From Octopus sinensis (lineage: Eukaryota), in NCBI RefSeq assembly GCF_006345805.1, contig NC_043004.1:32178001-32242000 (forward strand): a stretch of DNA of 64,000 nucleotides, given 5' to 3'. The notes under the pieces are model-generated. The model ran no database searches. It was not told the origin of the DNA and saw only the letters and a program-made list of their open reading frames with translations. A program made the translations under genes and the position numbers. Positions 23,560 to 37,479 of the stretch are shown here, one piece after another; within the stretch, counting starts at the first letter, position 1, and every line of letters starts with the position of its first letter.

Positions 23560-25010
23560 GATTAGTGATGAATAATAATAATAAATAATAAACAACTGAC
23601 TATCTTATTTCATGCTGTCGGTACTGATACCAAATGAATATAAGAATTGCCATGAGAGAGTGGGTCAGTACTTACACTGAAAGCTATTCAACCACTACAA
23701 AATAAAAACAGTCACCAACATGTATAAACACCAAGACCAACCAGAGCCAGTAATAGAAGTTAATATAACAGCATTCGGGATTTTCTTAGTCAACACACAC
23801 CAGATTAATTCAAGTAAATAGACCAGGTACCATCAAAAACACAAAGACCTGCAAATTAAATGATACGAGTAATATTATCAAATAAAATATATCATTAAAA
23901 GGAGTTGAAAAACTGGCAAATTCAAAGAACTGGTGATAAAGATTGAAAAATGTAGCTCCTTAAAGCAAAAATAACTTCATTCAACATAGAGGCCTTAAGT
24001 ATTTTTTAAAAAGTGTGTGAGAAAAAGAATACTTAAGGCCTCTATGTTAGCAACATCTCCGATGAACCATCTCCCCAAAAGAGCACATTATAATGAAGAA
24101 CCCTCTCAATTATAATAATTTTCAAATTAAGGTGACACACTTTAAATGTTTGAATATAAGAATATAAATGAAATGCCACTGCAGTTATCAGTGATGATGA
24201 CATCATATGCAGTGTAGTGAAATTAATATCTACATATACTCCTGAAAGGAATAGTTCTAAAGGGGAAAAGAAAGAAATAAAAACTAGAATAACGGCTCAC
24301 CTAATGCATATACACATATGCAAACATGTGTGTGTGTGTGTGTACATACCTGACATGGGAATGCAATAGTGGCAAAGATCTAGTGAAATTACACCTCAAT
24401 ATCATCTCTGCCTGGGTGACGTTGACAGTTTCTAGAAAAGAAATTACAAATTTGGTTACAGTTAATCCATGATGATAATAACAACAACAACAAAAACAAC
24501 ATACAGAAAATAGCACTACTCTGCACCGCACACATCCTATGTAAAGCACTTTCAATACAGTGAAATAAGAGCCCCACAAAAAACCACAGCACATACTCAA
24601 GGCACACAGAGCTGTGCTCAGTAGTGCAGTGAAAGCACGTTATAAAAATAAAACCAGTGAATAACAATAATAATGATAATAATAATAATAATCTGAACAA
24701 CTATGATGATTTGAAGTGGGAAATATGAAGGTTGTGGTCAATGAGGAGAGTAGACATGGTACAAATAGTAATTGGTTCACTTGGAAGTATCAGCACTCAA
24801 CTACCAGCATTGGCTCAGAAAGATCAGTACAAATGTAAAGGTAGAACACCTACAAAAATCAGCATTGCTTGGAACTGCAAGAATTCTTCACAGGATTCTT
24901 GAAGCATAACCAGTAAACAAGTGTCACCTTAGTCTGCTGGCTGTAGACAGGTGACACTTTCCATCATGCCCAGAAAAATAAGTTCTGAGTTTTCATCAAA
25001 TAATAATAAT
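23560..25010 (+). mobile_element. two Dong/R4-like RLE LINE fragments (about 23560-24110 and 24690-25010)
   Basis: Degenerate WDF..THT...NRP and VDMVQIVIGSLGSI...LGTARILHRILEA* motifs, followed by (AAT)n tails. Confidence 0.6.
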
Positions 25011-25196
25011 AATTTTTATTGGCTACATGAGCAGCAAAACGTTAAGGACAATACAAAGATAAAGGACTATGGAGATTTACACACAAACATGTAAACAATA
25101 AAACCACAAATAATTTGCAAAAAAAAATCTTAACAAAATTCCCAGTAGGGGAATAAAAACACCCAGAGGCAACTTGATGGGAAAGTAAACTGAATA

Positions 25197-26060
25197 ATCA
25201 TCACCATCGTTTAACATCCACTTTCCATGCTAGCATGGGTTGGACGATTTGACTGAGGACTGGCGAACCAGATGGCTGCACCAGGCTCCAATCTTGATAT
25301 GGCAGAGTTTCAACAGCTGGATGTCCTTCCTAATGCCAACCACTCCGAGAGTGTAGTGGGTGCTTTTATGTGCCACTGGCACGAGGGCCAGTCAGGTGGT
25401 ACTGGCAACGGCCACACCCAAATGATGTTTTTTTTTACGTTCCACCTGCACACCAGTACAAGTGCCAGTAAGGCGACGCTGATAACGATCACACTCGAAT
25501 GGTGCTTTTTATGTGCCACCAGCGCGGAAGCCAGTTTGCCGCTCTGGCAACGATCACACTCGGATAGTGCTCTTAGTGCTCCACTAGCACGGATGCCAGT
25601 CATTGAATTTGATTTCGATTTCACTTGCCTCAACAGGTCTTCACAAGCAGTATCCAATGAAGGAAATATACGCATAAGTGGGCTAGTTACACCCCTGGCA
25701 TAGGCCGCGAGGTTATGGTCTCATTTGACTTGCCGAGTCTTCTCAAGCACAGCATATTTCCAGAGGTCCTGGTCACTAGTCATTGCCTCAGTGAGGCTTA
25801 ATGTTCGAAGGTCGTGCTTCACCACTTCATTCTAGGTCTTCCTGGGTCTACCTCTTCCACAGGTTCCCTCAACCGCTAGGGTATGGCACTTTTTCACACA
25901 GCTATCCTCATCCATTCTTGCCACATGTCCATACCAGCACAGTCATCTCTCTTGCACACCACATCTGATGCTTCTTAGGTCCAACTTTTCTCTCAAGGTA
26001 CTTACACTCTGTCGAGTATGCACACTCACATTACACATCCATTGGATCATACCGGCTTCA
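25197..26060 (-). mobile_element. RTE-clade LINE, 3' fragment
   Basis: Reverse copy of RT end plus 3' UTR, collinear with 6230-7158. Confidence 0.92.
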
Positions 26061-26494
26061 AACTTATAATCATGTAATATAAACATTAAAAGATATACAT
26101 GGAGTATGTGCAGCCAATAATGCTTACAACACTAGTGCTGCCTTTAATTCATAATTGAATTTAATCTTACGTATGCATCGTCGTGGTATACCAGGAAATG
26201 GTTCTTACACTATTTGATTATATAGTCATTGTCCAGTGATTCAGTTTGATTCAGGTTTGTGATGTTGATAAGCAACAAAGATGGCAAGATATTGATATTC
26301 ATTACTCTCGAATGAGACTGGGGGCGAGTTGTCTTACTTGTTCTATGACTTTCGGGTATTTTAACAGCCAGTGCTATGAAGGAGTCATCGCCAAAGCAAA
26401 CCAGCAAAACACATACATTGCATATAAGTGGTCGATAATGTTTATTGAAAGATATACATGTATGTGCATTTGTGCATGCATGCATGTGTGTGTA

Positions 26495-26546
<52 letters not shown>

Positions 26547-27982
26547 TGGTTTCTGACATCAAACCTAAAAATGTACTGAAAACTAGGTACTACGATCATC
26601 ATCATATGTCCACTTTTCCATGCAAGCATGGGTTAGACAGAGTTTTTGGCAGCCTTTCCTGTCACCAACCCTCACCTGTTCCCATACAAGGAACAATGGA
26701 AGGACATGTTTTAATGGAAGATTGGAGACAAAGGACTTATATGACAGCGAAACTTATTTACAGTTTTTGCATGAAATCAAGACAAAGAAACATGAACATA
26801 CACAAACACACACATATATACATAAAGAGATACACACACACACACAGCAGGATTCTTTAAGTTCCTGTCTACAAAATCAACTCACAAAGCTTTGGTTGAC
26901 TCAGGGCTATAACAGATATCTGCCTAAGCTGCCATGCAACAGAATGGATCCAAAACCACATGTTTGGGATGCAAACTTCTTGACCATACAACCATTTCTG
27001 ATTAGAGCAGGGTTTTTCTTTCTTTTTTTTTTTTTTACATATCCTTACATCCTTTCTACAATAGGCACAAGGTATGAAATTTGGGGGGAAGGGGATTGTC
27101 GATTACATTGACCCCCAGTGCTACATCGGTATTTATTTTACCAACCTCAAAAGAACGAAAAGCAAAGATGACCTTGGTGGAATTTGAACTCAGACTATAA
27201 AGACAAACAAAATGCTGCTAAGCATTTTGCCCAGCAAGCTAGTGACTCTGCCAACTCGCCACCTTTTCATATCTTAATATCAAAATTAACAACTTAACTC
27301 TTTTGACCTTTCAGAGAACACCTCCAGTTTCATGATATGAAGATCCCATTTAAAATTTTTCATATTTGTGTTAAAGCTTCTTGTCATAATTTTCTGTAAA
27401 ATCTTTATGTTCTAGACACCAGTTTAATGATGACAAAAATTTGTTACTTGTCATATAATTGACTATTTTTAAATATTAATTTAAATATAATGTGACAAGG
27501 TGGCAGAATCATTACCATGCCAAGCAAAATGCTTGGCAGTATTTCATCTGTTTTTACTTTCTGAGTTCAAATGCCACTGAGGTTGACTTTGCCTTTCATC
27601 CTATCAGCATCAATAAGATAAGTACCAGTTGAGCACTGGGGTCAATGTAATAGACTTACCCCACCCCTGAAATTGCTGACCTTGTGCCAAATTCTGAAAC
27701 CCATATTACACGAAATATGAGCAGTTAAGCATGAAATATGGCCACTGCTTTGAGACAAATTCTAATGGAAAAAATATTTTTTGGCAATCATTTTAATCGT
27801 AATTGTGGGTTTCACTGTGACTTGAAACATTGTATGAGAGATAACCTTCCTTGAAATTTTAACAGGGAATGTTTAAGTTTGAAAGCCAAAATCCCTGCCG
27901 AACAACTTTATTGTATTTTGGTAGTAACATTCACTAATGATAATTGTCAATGTGAATAATTATACTATATATGATAATATAA

Positions 27983-28308
27983 GAAGGCTTGTGGTTTAGT
28001 GGTTAGGGTATTCAGTTCACGATTGTAAGGTTGTGTGTCTGATTCCCAGCAGTGCCTTGTGTCCTGGAACAAGACACTTTATTTCACATTGCACCATTCC
28101 ACTCAGCTGTCAAAAAAATTAGTAGTCCCTGTATTTCAAAGGTCCATATTTGTCACATTTTGTGTCACACTGAATCTACCTGAGAACTATGTTAAGGGTA
28201 CACATGTCTGTGGAGTACTCAGCCACTTGCATATTAATTTCATGAGCTGGCTCTTCTGTTGATCAGATCAATTGGGACCCTCAACCTCGTAACCAATGGA
28301 GTGTTAGT
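27983..28308 (+). mobile_element. SINE family C
   Basis: tggtttagtggttagggtattcag tRNA-like head; gaacaagacactttatttcacattg core. Confidence 0.8.
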
Positions 28309-28919
28309 TTTATATGATAATATCCAGTCAAGCATCTGTGCTTGTAAGTTTATGGTAAAGTGGAGCTAGTAGTCTAAAGGAACAGTTTAGTTTTCATGTC
28401 TAAACATCCATGCAAGTACAAGTAGTAGGTCAATTTAATCAACAGTTCCCTTCCTCTAAATTTGTGATCTGACAGTTTGAAAAAAAATACTAGGCACTCA
28501 TCTACTATTAGGGCAGTTAACCCCAGCACACTCAAAGAGTGTTGGGGCTAAATGCCGTCATATCATTTTTATCAAAATTGCTTAAATCAGATGAGAAATT
28601 TAGAAATTTCTCTTCAATCAAACTTTATGTAAATAAAAAATTCTTAATTGTTAGCTTGGAAAAATTCATAAAACATTGTTCATAAATGCAACTTAAAATA
28701 TTCTTTATTTATTCAGTTCAAAATATACAAAATTGTGTAAATTCATACTACATAAATTGTGACTTGGTACAGTGGTTGTTTACACACCACAAATACATTC
28801 TTTCCTAATTAACAATTAGATCTATTTTATTTACATAAAATCTGCCTAAAGGACATTTATGTAATTCTGTTTTAATTTAGCTGCAATTAGCCTAATAGAT
28901 GAATACTTAATACATAAAG

Positions 28920-29300
28920 ACCCTAATATGTACCATCTAATGTTTGGGGACTCCTAATATTGGATGAGTACCTAATATTTGGGGAAATTAATGAAAGATG
29001 AGTACCTAATATTTAAGGGCTCTAAAACTAGATGAGTATTTGATGCCCTTAATACTACACGAGTAACTAATACTAGTTGAGTACCCGATACTAAAAATAT
29101 CATGTACTAAATGAGTACATAATATTTAAGGGTCATAATACTAAATGAGTATCTAACATTTGAGAACTCTAATATTAGATAAGTACCTACGAGTAGAGGA
29201 CCCTAATCCTAACGATGTATCTACTATTTGAAAACTCTAATACAAAATGAGTACCTAATATCTGAGGACCTAAATACCTAATATATTCTGAGTCTTCTAG
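28920..29300. repeat. degenerate minisatellite of about 33 bp (gatgagtacctaatatttgaggactctaatacta)
   Basis: Roughly ten imperfect copies of the gagtacctaatattt motif. Confidence 0.8.
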
Positions 29301-29689
29301 AGTTACTAATATTACAGTAATGCAATATTAATGTTGGTTTCTAATACAAAGTATGCAAATTTGTTGTTATAGTCCTTTTTTAAATTAAGATCCCAAACAA
29401 GGTAAAAATGCCACTTGATGTAAAGGACTATGAAGAAGGAGAAATTTAGATGAAAGAGTTTGATTATAAGAAGAGGCAAAACAATGAGATGGAAGAGAAT
29501 TCCAAAATCTGGCACGTTTGAGGAAAAAAGCTGTGACCATGGAAAGACTTCTTTATTTATGGAAGCATAACAGGATTTAAACAAAAACACTTTGAATTCC
29601 AAGTCAGGTGAGATAGCACAAAGTGATCTTTGGAGTACTTCCTAAAATTGATTCCACTACTATAATGATGTATTCTTATTATTCAAGTT

Positions 29690-30075
29690 AAATAGCAAAA
29701 TTGTTGAATTTCTTTGAAGACCTGGGCATTATTGTCAGTAGCGATCTGCATTGGACAAACCACATCTCTAAAATTGTCAAGAAAGCCAAGGGTGTCTTAG
29801 CATCACTCAGTAAGACCTTTGTTAGCCACTCTCCTGCTATCTATTTAAAGCTGTATTTATGGTTATGGTGTGTCTACACTTTAGAGTTCGCATCACCAAT
29901 GTGGGACCCCTATCTTGCTCAGCAAATCAATCTCAAGGAGACTGTCCAGAAATGTGCAACCAGACAAATACCCGCTGTCAAGGATCTACCATACTCTGAG
30001 TGTCTTGCTTCTCTTGGCATGGACACACTAAACCTCTGACACCTGATAACTAATCTGGTAGACAACCACAAGACT
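29690..30075 (+). mobile_element. CR1-clade LINE fragment
   Basis: Encodes DLGIIVSSDLHWTNHISKIVKKA...LEFASPMWDPY...ETVQKCATRQIP...LPYSECLASLGM. Confidence 0.88.
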
Positions 30076-30539
30076 TTTTTAATTCTTTTATTCTTTTATG
30101 TGTTTCAGCCAGGTGGTTGTGGTCATGCTGGAGCACCACCATGAAAACTATTTTTCACTAAATGCCTCATTCACTGTTCATCTCCAGTGCATTATTCTAT
30201 GTACTGTTCATGAACTATAGGCAACTTTTTCTAATGAATTGTAGTGCACCTGAACATTATATACTATGAGTTCATTATATGTCAATTTAAATTCTCTTGG
30301 CATAACTACAGTTTGGTGCCCCACCTCTGGTCTTGTTTCTTCATAACTTTCTGAAAAAGTATTTTTTAATAGATTTTACAGAGACATATTTTAGAGGGCG
30401 TGGATTATGATTTTTCTGAAAAATTTAGGGAAATAACAAGCTGGAGGAAATTAGGATCATTCTACACCTTCATTACTTTGTTACCATCAATTTCCGTAAC
30501 TTTAGCATTTTTCTTTTTCAAGACTATATGTTTGAAACA

Positions 30540-31250
30540 TCGATGTTTCGTAATCTACACTTACGAGAAAGCATTTCTGCAAAATTTCATTTAAAAAGAA
30601 AATTGTCATCGTTGATGTCTCACTTTACTAAAGTATCTGATGCTAGAGAGGACTCTTAGCTGTTCCAGTTTCTTGTAGAGATGCTTAAACTGCTCGTGTT
30701 TTGGGAGGTAAATACCAGTATTTCCAGTTGCAGTGTATAACGAAAGGAGTGGTTTTTATTTCTTGAAATGTATCCGGTACTTTCGTTACGTATACCGAAG
30801 TTACGCCGGGATTTTTTTGTTTTTGTTTTGAGCCGTGTTTTATTGTAGATTGTCCATTGACCTTTTTCAACAACAATTAAGTCACATCAACTAATGTCAG
30901 TTCTGTCCAACCAAAATAGTGTTATAAATCAAAATATATCCGTAAAAACGAATATAGAAATGACTGAAATAAAAGGCGTGCAACACTTAATTAAAAGCAT
31001 GTGAATAGTTGTTTGCTAAATTATTAAACAAACCGTATATTATTTCAACTAGCAAATTTTTATTTTACGAAGAGTTAAAAGAACTGAACTTCAGTTTACG
31101 AAAATACAGTGCTCGTCGACGAACGTACATATCGTCCCTCAACAACCACAGACTCGCACATGCTAGTAGCAATATCTGGCCTTGTCTCCAGTATTAAGCG
31201 AAATATCTGGAAAAGTCACGTAACTTGTGACCTTCGTGAAAATACAACCC
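30540..31250. promoter_or_regulatory. CpG-retaining putative promoter / 5' region of OXNAD1-like gene
   Basis: Many CpGs (e.g. tccggtactttcgttacgtataccgaagttacgccggg, ctcgtcgacgaacgtac) in non-repetitive sequence just upstream of the first coding exon. TSS not determinable. Confidence 0.5.
30565..30590 (-). CDS. OXNAD1: OXNAD1-like coding exon 1 (26 coding bp, MKFCRNAF(S))
   Basis: ATG followed by a strong TC|GTAAGT donor in phase 2, as exon 2 requires. The joined N-terminus MKFCRNAFSSCLLKRMS looks like a mitochondrial presequence. Lies in a CpG-retaining region. Short, so less certain. Confidence 0.7.
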
Positions 31251-32274
31251 ATACACAAAATTTCTATAAGCATGGTGCAAAACTGTGGTCCAGAACTTGG
31301 AGCATATAAACATATATTCATTATATCAGAGCTGACAATAATACTTTGATTGCTTCTGGGAAGAATTTTATGAACTCTAACGTTGGTGGTGGATACATAA
31401 AAACAAAAATTGAGAATAATTTGGAAAAGGGTAACTGAAAAGTTGAAGGGGAGAATGTTTGAGAAGTGGATCCATTCAGGGGTTACTTCAGCGTAACAAA
31501 AACAAAGCAGTGTATGTGTATACACCAAAATCAAGCTTTTTTTAAAAAAAATTACTGTGTATTTTTTCTAAAGGGTAATTATTAAAAATGTATTAAGATT
31601 GTTTAATAAATATCTGCACTCGAATAACTATATCTGAATTTAAGAAACCAGAGAAATAACGATGAGAAGGCTTACCACAACTACTTGTCACTTTTCGAGC
31701 GGTTGATATTGGTTTGATTTAGTCAGAGCTTTAACATTAACTATTGCCGATTGTGCACGAACGGTTTGGGTCAGGTTTATATTTTGCTTGACTGCTTATT
31801 TCGACATCATTGATGACATGTCATCGTCTCTAAATGAACTAGTGTCGGGGATGAAGTAATAATTCTAGGAACAACACGGGTTTTTCCAGTTAATTGTATA
31901 GTAAATGCATAATGTTTTTGTCTGAAGAATTTAAGAAAAGTTCGCCACTGAATTCCTGGAAATTGAGTTCTAGCGGGAAACATTTAGGCACATAAATTAA
32001 CAAATCAAAGATAATTTTGGTTTCAAATCTTCGAAAGAGTAACTTAATTAGCTAATGATTAAAAACAAAGTAAAAAAAAAAAACTGTAACTTCGATTTTT
32101 TGAATTGAATTAAAAATTCTGGGAACAACAACTGACATGTTTGTTTAGAAGTATTAGGAATTAACGAAATTTTCTATTAACAATCTACACTTTTAATAAT
32201 AGATTGGTCGCCTTTTCGTTTTGTGAACGAAAACTAATGATTACACAAGAAGTTAACTTTTATTGCCTTCACAG

Positions 32275-32856
32275 TGTAACGGTTGGAATTAATTAGTTGA
32301 CAATATTATGAAATGTCGGTGGAGGCAGTGGTGTGACGATAGTAATTTGTTGTTATTATTGCATGTTGTAGGATGTGAAAGATGAACAATGCATGAAGTT
32401 TTAAGAAAGTATTTATTTACCGTTACGTTACAATACCTAGCCTCTACGGGCAGGTTGTGATAAATCCATAAGCATGCGAAGTAAAGCTTGTGTTTGGGTC
32501 CTCTTCATTGTTTAGTAGTAAACACAGAGAGATAGAATGATGTTGTAAGAGAACAGAATAAGGGCTAGAGAGAATTGTAGAGTGTTGTCTCACAGTTGCT
32601 GGTAGGAATTTTCATTTCTCTCGTTGACCATTATATTCTAGCAGTCCTTTCTTTAACCTAATTGAGTCGACACGAGCTGCCTCGTTCAGTTGTTGACAAG
32701 GTACTAACTCCGTTAAGTTGTCACGACTGTGACGAACTGATATTTGCTTGTCTGAGAAAACCCATTGTTCCACCGTGGGAACAGTTGTGTTGCAGTGTTA
32801 AATTAAATTTGGCTGTGGTGGATCGAATCCACTTCATGCATGCAAGATCCACTACA
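32275..32856. mobile_element. solo LTR (Gypsy-like, 582 bp)
   Basis: TGTAACG...CACTACA termini flanked by a 4-bp direct repeat ACAG (32271-74 and 32857-60). Confidence 0.75.
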
Positions 32857-33029
32857 ACAGTGTTTACCGTTTTACAAAATTAAATTAGAAAATTAGACGA
32901 AACAGAGAACACAATAGAAAAAAATCAAACAAAAAAAGAGGAAAAGTAAAATGATAAAAAAGAAAAAACAAAACAATTCACCACCTTGAATTGAAATGAT
33001 GGGACGCTGGGAAACCTCTCTAAATGGCT

Positions 33030-34300
33030 ATTGAAACATATTTGCAGCGTTGCCACAGGTGCTGGCAAGGATGATGCGCTGGAACAGCCAAACACGAGTC
33101 TCACCAGTTATCTCTGCAAGGCGAGTTACCAGTGAAGACAGTTATCTCACAGTTAGTGGTCCAACCCCACCAAATGTCTCAAATGCCACAGGATGGTAAA
33201 TGTAGTTGGCCTACAGATTGCGGTATTTCAGGATTTTGTTTTGCTCGGCCGCAGAAGCTGTGGATCTCGTCCTGACCGCAGTGTCCAGGATGTGAGAAGA
33301 AGCAAAGGAGTCGCTAACTGTGACATCCCAGACAAGGTATCTGTCTTGTGACCAGGGGCACAAGGTGAGGCCGTCAGATCACTTCCCCTCACATCTGGAC
33401 AGTCCAGAAGGTTCCAAGATGGAGAGGATGTTTGCCTGGGCCAAGCTCCTCTTGAGCATCAAGTTCAACTTTGTATGACGCACAAGGTGACAAGCATTCA
33501 AGCAGCAAGAAAGGCCATGGAGGCCTATGGAGTCAAGGAGCCTGCCACAATGACAGATCAAGCCTGTGCATACGTCAGCTCCCACTCTGAGGGCAATGGA
33601 GACATGAAGTTTGTCCAAGTTGAGCAGGCCACCAACATTAGCCACAGGGTGGCATCAATCCAGTCACTTGAGTATCTGGCACTAGTAGACATTAAGCGGC
33701 ACCTTGAAAACTGGTCAGATGAAATTTTGTTATCTCAAGCTCTCTGGCACCGACAGTCCTCCACCTTTTCAGGAGTAGACAAGTCCAATTCTTTCTAGTA
33801 TTGGAGAGTTTCATCCAACTCCTTGTTGGAACTGGTTCATGTTGCAGGTGTGGGTAGAGGAAAGGAAGCAGGGGAGAAAGAAGGATGAACACTTAAAAAG
33901 ACCAAGACCTCCAAATCGCTTGAGCAATGCAGCCTGATCATGGAATGTTGGAGAGAGTCTGACATTGACTAAGCATTCGAGTCTCTCAAAGGTTAGGTTG
34001 TTAAAGTATTGGAGGCACGATGGGAATCGGTGAGATGAGCTGACTCTGAGTAAATATAGAAGCTTAGGGATTGAGACGTAATTCCTAAGTATGAAAAAAA
34101 CCTTGATGGGGTTCAATAGCTTCAATATTTTTCAGCAATTGCTCAAAGGCAAGGTCAGTGATTGGGGCACCTAGAGAGCACCAAGATGATGAGGGAGGGA
34201 CTGCAATGGAACGGAAGGACTCTGCAAAAAGGTCAATAGTTGGTTGATGTTGAGAAGCCGGGTGGTTGAAGATCCAGAGCTCACATTTGGAGCTGTTTAC
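33030..34300 (-). mobile_element. CRE-clade (RLE) non-LTR retrotransposon, degenerate C-terminal part
   Basis: Encodes ILRNYVSIPKLLYLLR...GGLGL, CHCG...GLHGLSC...RHTKLN, EPSGLSRCEGK-SDGLT..PW...LVWDVTVSD. Confidence 0.82.
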
Positions 34301-34379
34301 TTAGACTCCCTTAAATAAGCATTTCCCAGAAAATCACATACACAGAAAGATCTTTAATAGATACTCAATTAAATTGTCA

Positions 34380-34700
34380 TATGGCCCCTGCCCCAATATG
34401 AAGAACATCATTATCTGTAAACACCACCAAAAGCCCACTTTCATTTGTAACTGTCAAGATCCTAGACCTTACCCACATGACCAGGTATGCATAATAAACT
34501 CCATCATATATGAAACAGAACAGTAACATTACTTGATAACCTAGCCAAAAAGAAGAATTACATTGGATTATGTGAAGGTGACTTCAAAAGATCACATATC
34601 CTTTTTAGATCTAAGAATTCCAGATAAGAAATTTTCAGCAAATGCAAGCATATGGACAAATTTCTTTTGGTGAATTGGAGGACACCACTCTCTCCAAATT
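34380..34700 (+). mobile_element. Penelope-like GIY-YIG remnant
   Basis: Encodes NSIIYET...KNYIGLCEGDFK; frameshifted. Confidence 0.6.
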
Positions 34701-37479
34701 TAGCAGTTCTATTGCAGACTTTAGACACCAACCGTTGAATCAAGCTTTATGGTCAAAAGGGACATAACTATAATCCTTTTTTTCCTTCACCCTTCCACTT
34801 TTTGCATCCCCCATCCCATGATTTCTCTTGTTCTATTGTCCTAGTTTGTAACTTGTACAGGCCATGTACTCAGGGCCTGAAAATTTCTTGGAGACACTAG
34901 GCGTGTTACTAAAACCTTCCAAGAAAACATCTCCCATGTATGAAGCTATTAGTAGCTCATAACTTTATACTGTGTACATTAAACAATATTTATATTTTAC
35001 TGGATAGAGTACTTTTTTGTTGATCTTACTTTAATGGAAAGCTAAAGTGTGTTTATATATATATATTGTTTAGGCATTGTAAGACTAATAACCTAAGTGT
35101 AGAACTCAGTATACACATTCTTCAGAATGAAGTGTTAGTCAAGTACAGAGCAGTAATAAGAAAATGAGATGACAAAGGAATAAGTGATTAGCTTATGAAC
35201 TTCATTAGCTTACAGCTGTTTCTGCTATAAGATGCAGTGGCACATAGTTGAGTGCCTGAGTAACACCTTACAACTTTGTTGGTGCCTTGAATATGAAGTG
35301 CAGAGAAATAAACTGCACTTCATATTTAAGGCTCCAACAAAGCTTCATAGGATAATCATTTATTCCTTTGTCATCACATTTTGTTTATATATAGAGCTGA
35401 TAACTAGAATCATGAGAATTTGATTTTAAAATCTGTAATTGGCAACTCCAAATTATCTTTCACTACTAGTAAACCACTAGTATTTATATATATATATATA
35501 TATATATAGTATTAATATTATTAATGTTGCAAAAAGCTATAATTGCACCTTGCTCAGAACACATAATTAACATGAAAATGTGCCTTGTATGTGTGTTCAA
35601 TGTGTTTATGTAAACAATTTTCATGTTTACATATTTTGTGACTAGCAGTTTGTTTATAATTTTGTATATTGATGAATTTTTTTAAAATTACTGTTTACTA
35701 TATTGTGATGTATGTTGTCAAAGATACATCTCAACAATTGTATCTGATAACTTTATTCAAATATGTGCTATATTGTGTAATGTTCTCATTTCCTTGAGAT
35801 AAACCAAGGATATTCTTTGTTTGTTTCTAACTTGTTACACTTCAACTTCAATCAGTGTGTGAGTGTAGCTTTTCAATAGGTTTTCTTGAGTACAAAACTA
35901 AAAACAGCACTCATATAATATAATTCCATAACAGCCAATTGAAGTTGTTACTAAGCAGTTTCATACTACACAGGGAGAGACAAATTTAGCAATCATCAGA
36001 CATAGTTAAATGGAAAAATATCCATTCAGACATGTCTGAATGGATACTTTTTCATTCAGCCATGTCATATGATTGCTAAATTTACCTCTTCATATTTGGC
36101 ATGAAACCATTCAGTAACAACTTCAATTCTCATGTTTCTATAATATATAAAATAGGGCATCAGAGGAATCAAATGTAGTGTGTGTGTGCTGGTATGGGTG
36201 TGATGTATATGAATCAGAACAGCTGTATAAAGAAGAGCTAGTGATTGATAATCATTTGGACATCTGCCAAGTCAGCTGCTATGTAGATGTTGCAAGTTTG
36301 GTGTGAAGTAATAGGTTCAATATATACATGTATGACAATCAGGTAGTGGAAATTTGGAGCTTTAAAACTAACTTCTTTATTGCAACCATTTGTTTAATAT
36401 TCCTTATCAATATGGAATGAACATGTATGCTTAATATGATAATATTTTAAATCACACTACAATGTATAAATTCAAATTTGTGTACCGTTCATTTGACAAA
36501 GCAAATAAAGCTGACAGTGATTTTAAATTTTGGTACTGTGAACAACAATGAAACTCGATGTTATATATAATGGCTGCTGCTATACTCTCGGGGAGCATTG
36601 ATCATAATTACTAAATGCAGAATGAATAAGTTTACATAGTTGATATATCATTATATTTATTTTTCCTTTAATTGACAAAATTAATTTTCGTTGTAATTGT
36701 CACGCAAAGGGAGATAACTTCATTTTTACTAGTCCGTATCATCCTCAATTCACTTTCATGGCCTCTTTCGCTTGTTGTTTGTGTGTGTTTATGTATGTGG
36801 AGAGGGAATGTGTTTGTGAAACCATTAATCCAAACACAACTTTTACACTCTCTGTTTTCTTTACTTATTCCTTTCTGCTGATAAGCATTGGCTTGAAATG
36901 TCTAAGAGTTTTCCATTTATCCTGAGTGTCAAACTAATACACCTTGTTTGTTGTTCCCTTACCATTTCAACCATTCATTTTCAATACATGTTAATGTTTT
37001 TCTCTCACTCTCTCTTATAGTTTTTGTGTATCTACATTTGAGGAGAAGGAATATGCTTGCGTCAATCAGGTTCTTTTCAATACATGTCAATGCGTCTCTC
37101 CAACCCTATTCTCTCCCTCATGCACACTTTGTGAATACATATATTTTTCTTTGTGTAATATTTTAATGTTCAGTATGTATGTACGTATGTATGTGTGTGT
37201 ATAAATCTGCATACACACTTTTGTCTGCCTTCAGCACCAAAACGTTAGTATCAAGCTAGCTGCTCCCATTCGCCCCATTCCACAGGTTTTGATGGTGTTT
37301 TCTGTCACCATTTCAATTTCCATACCTTATCGACTATCATTTCAATATCGCCTTTCTTTTTAAATCAGTTCTAGGTACCAACACATTTGATAAACATTTT
37401 CTATTGAGAGAACAGCTTTATGTGTTACGGTTGATCAAAATTAACAATAGACTGAAAAGAGAACATACATACATGCATG

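Noticed and set aside
28920-29300. Periodic repeat of about 33 bp, superficially CRISPR-like
   Set aside because: Units are contiguous and degenerate, with no unique spacers and no cas genes, in a eukaryotic context. It is a minisatellite.
31163-31534. 123-aa minus-strand ORF and 66-aa plus-strand ORF near the promoter
   Set aside because: No recognisable motif and not DPH3. The length is compatible with chance, so it is not called as CDS.
31805-31925. TGATGA ... CTGA pair suggesting a C/D snoRNA
   Set aside because: No terminal stem or recognisable guide sequence, and such motifs occur by chance in AT-rich DNA.
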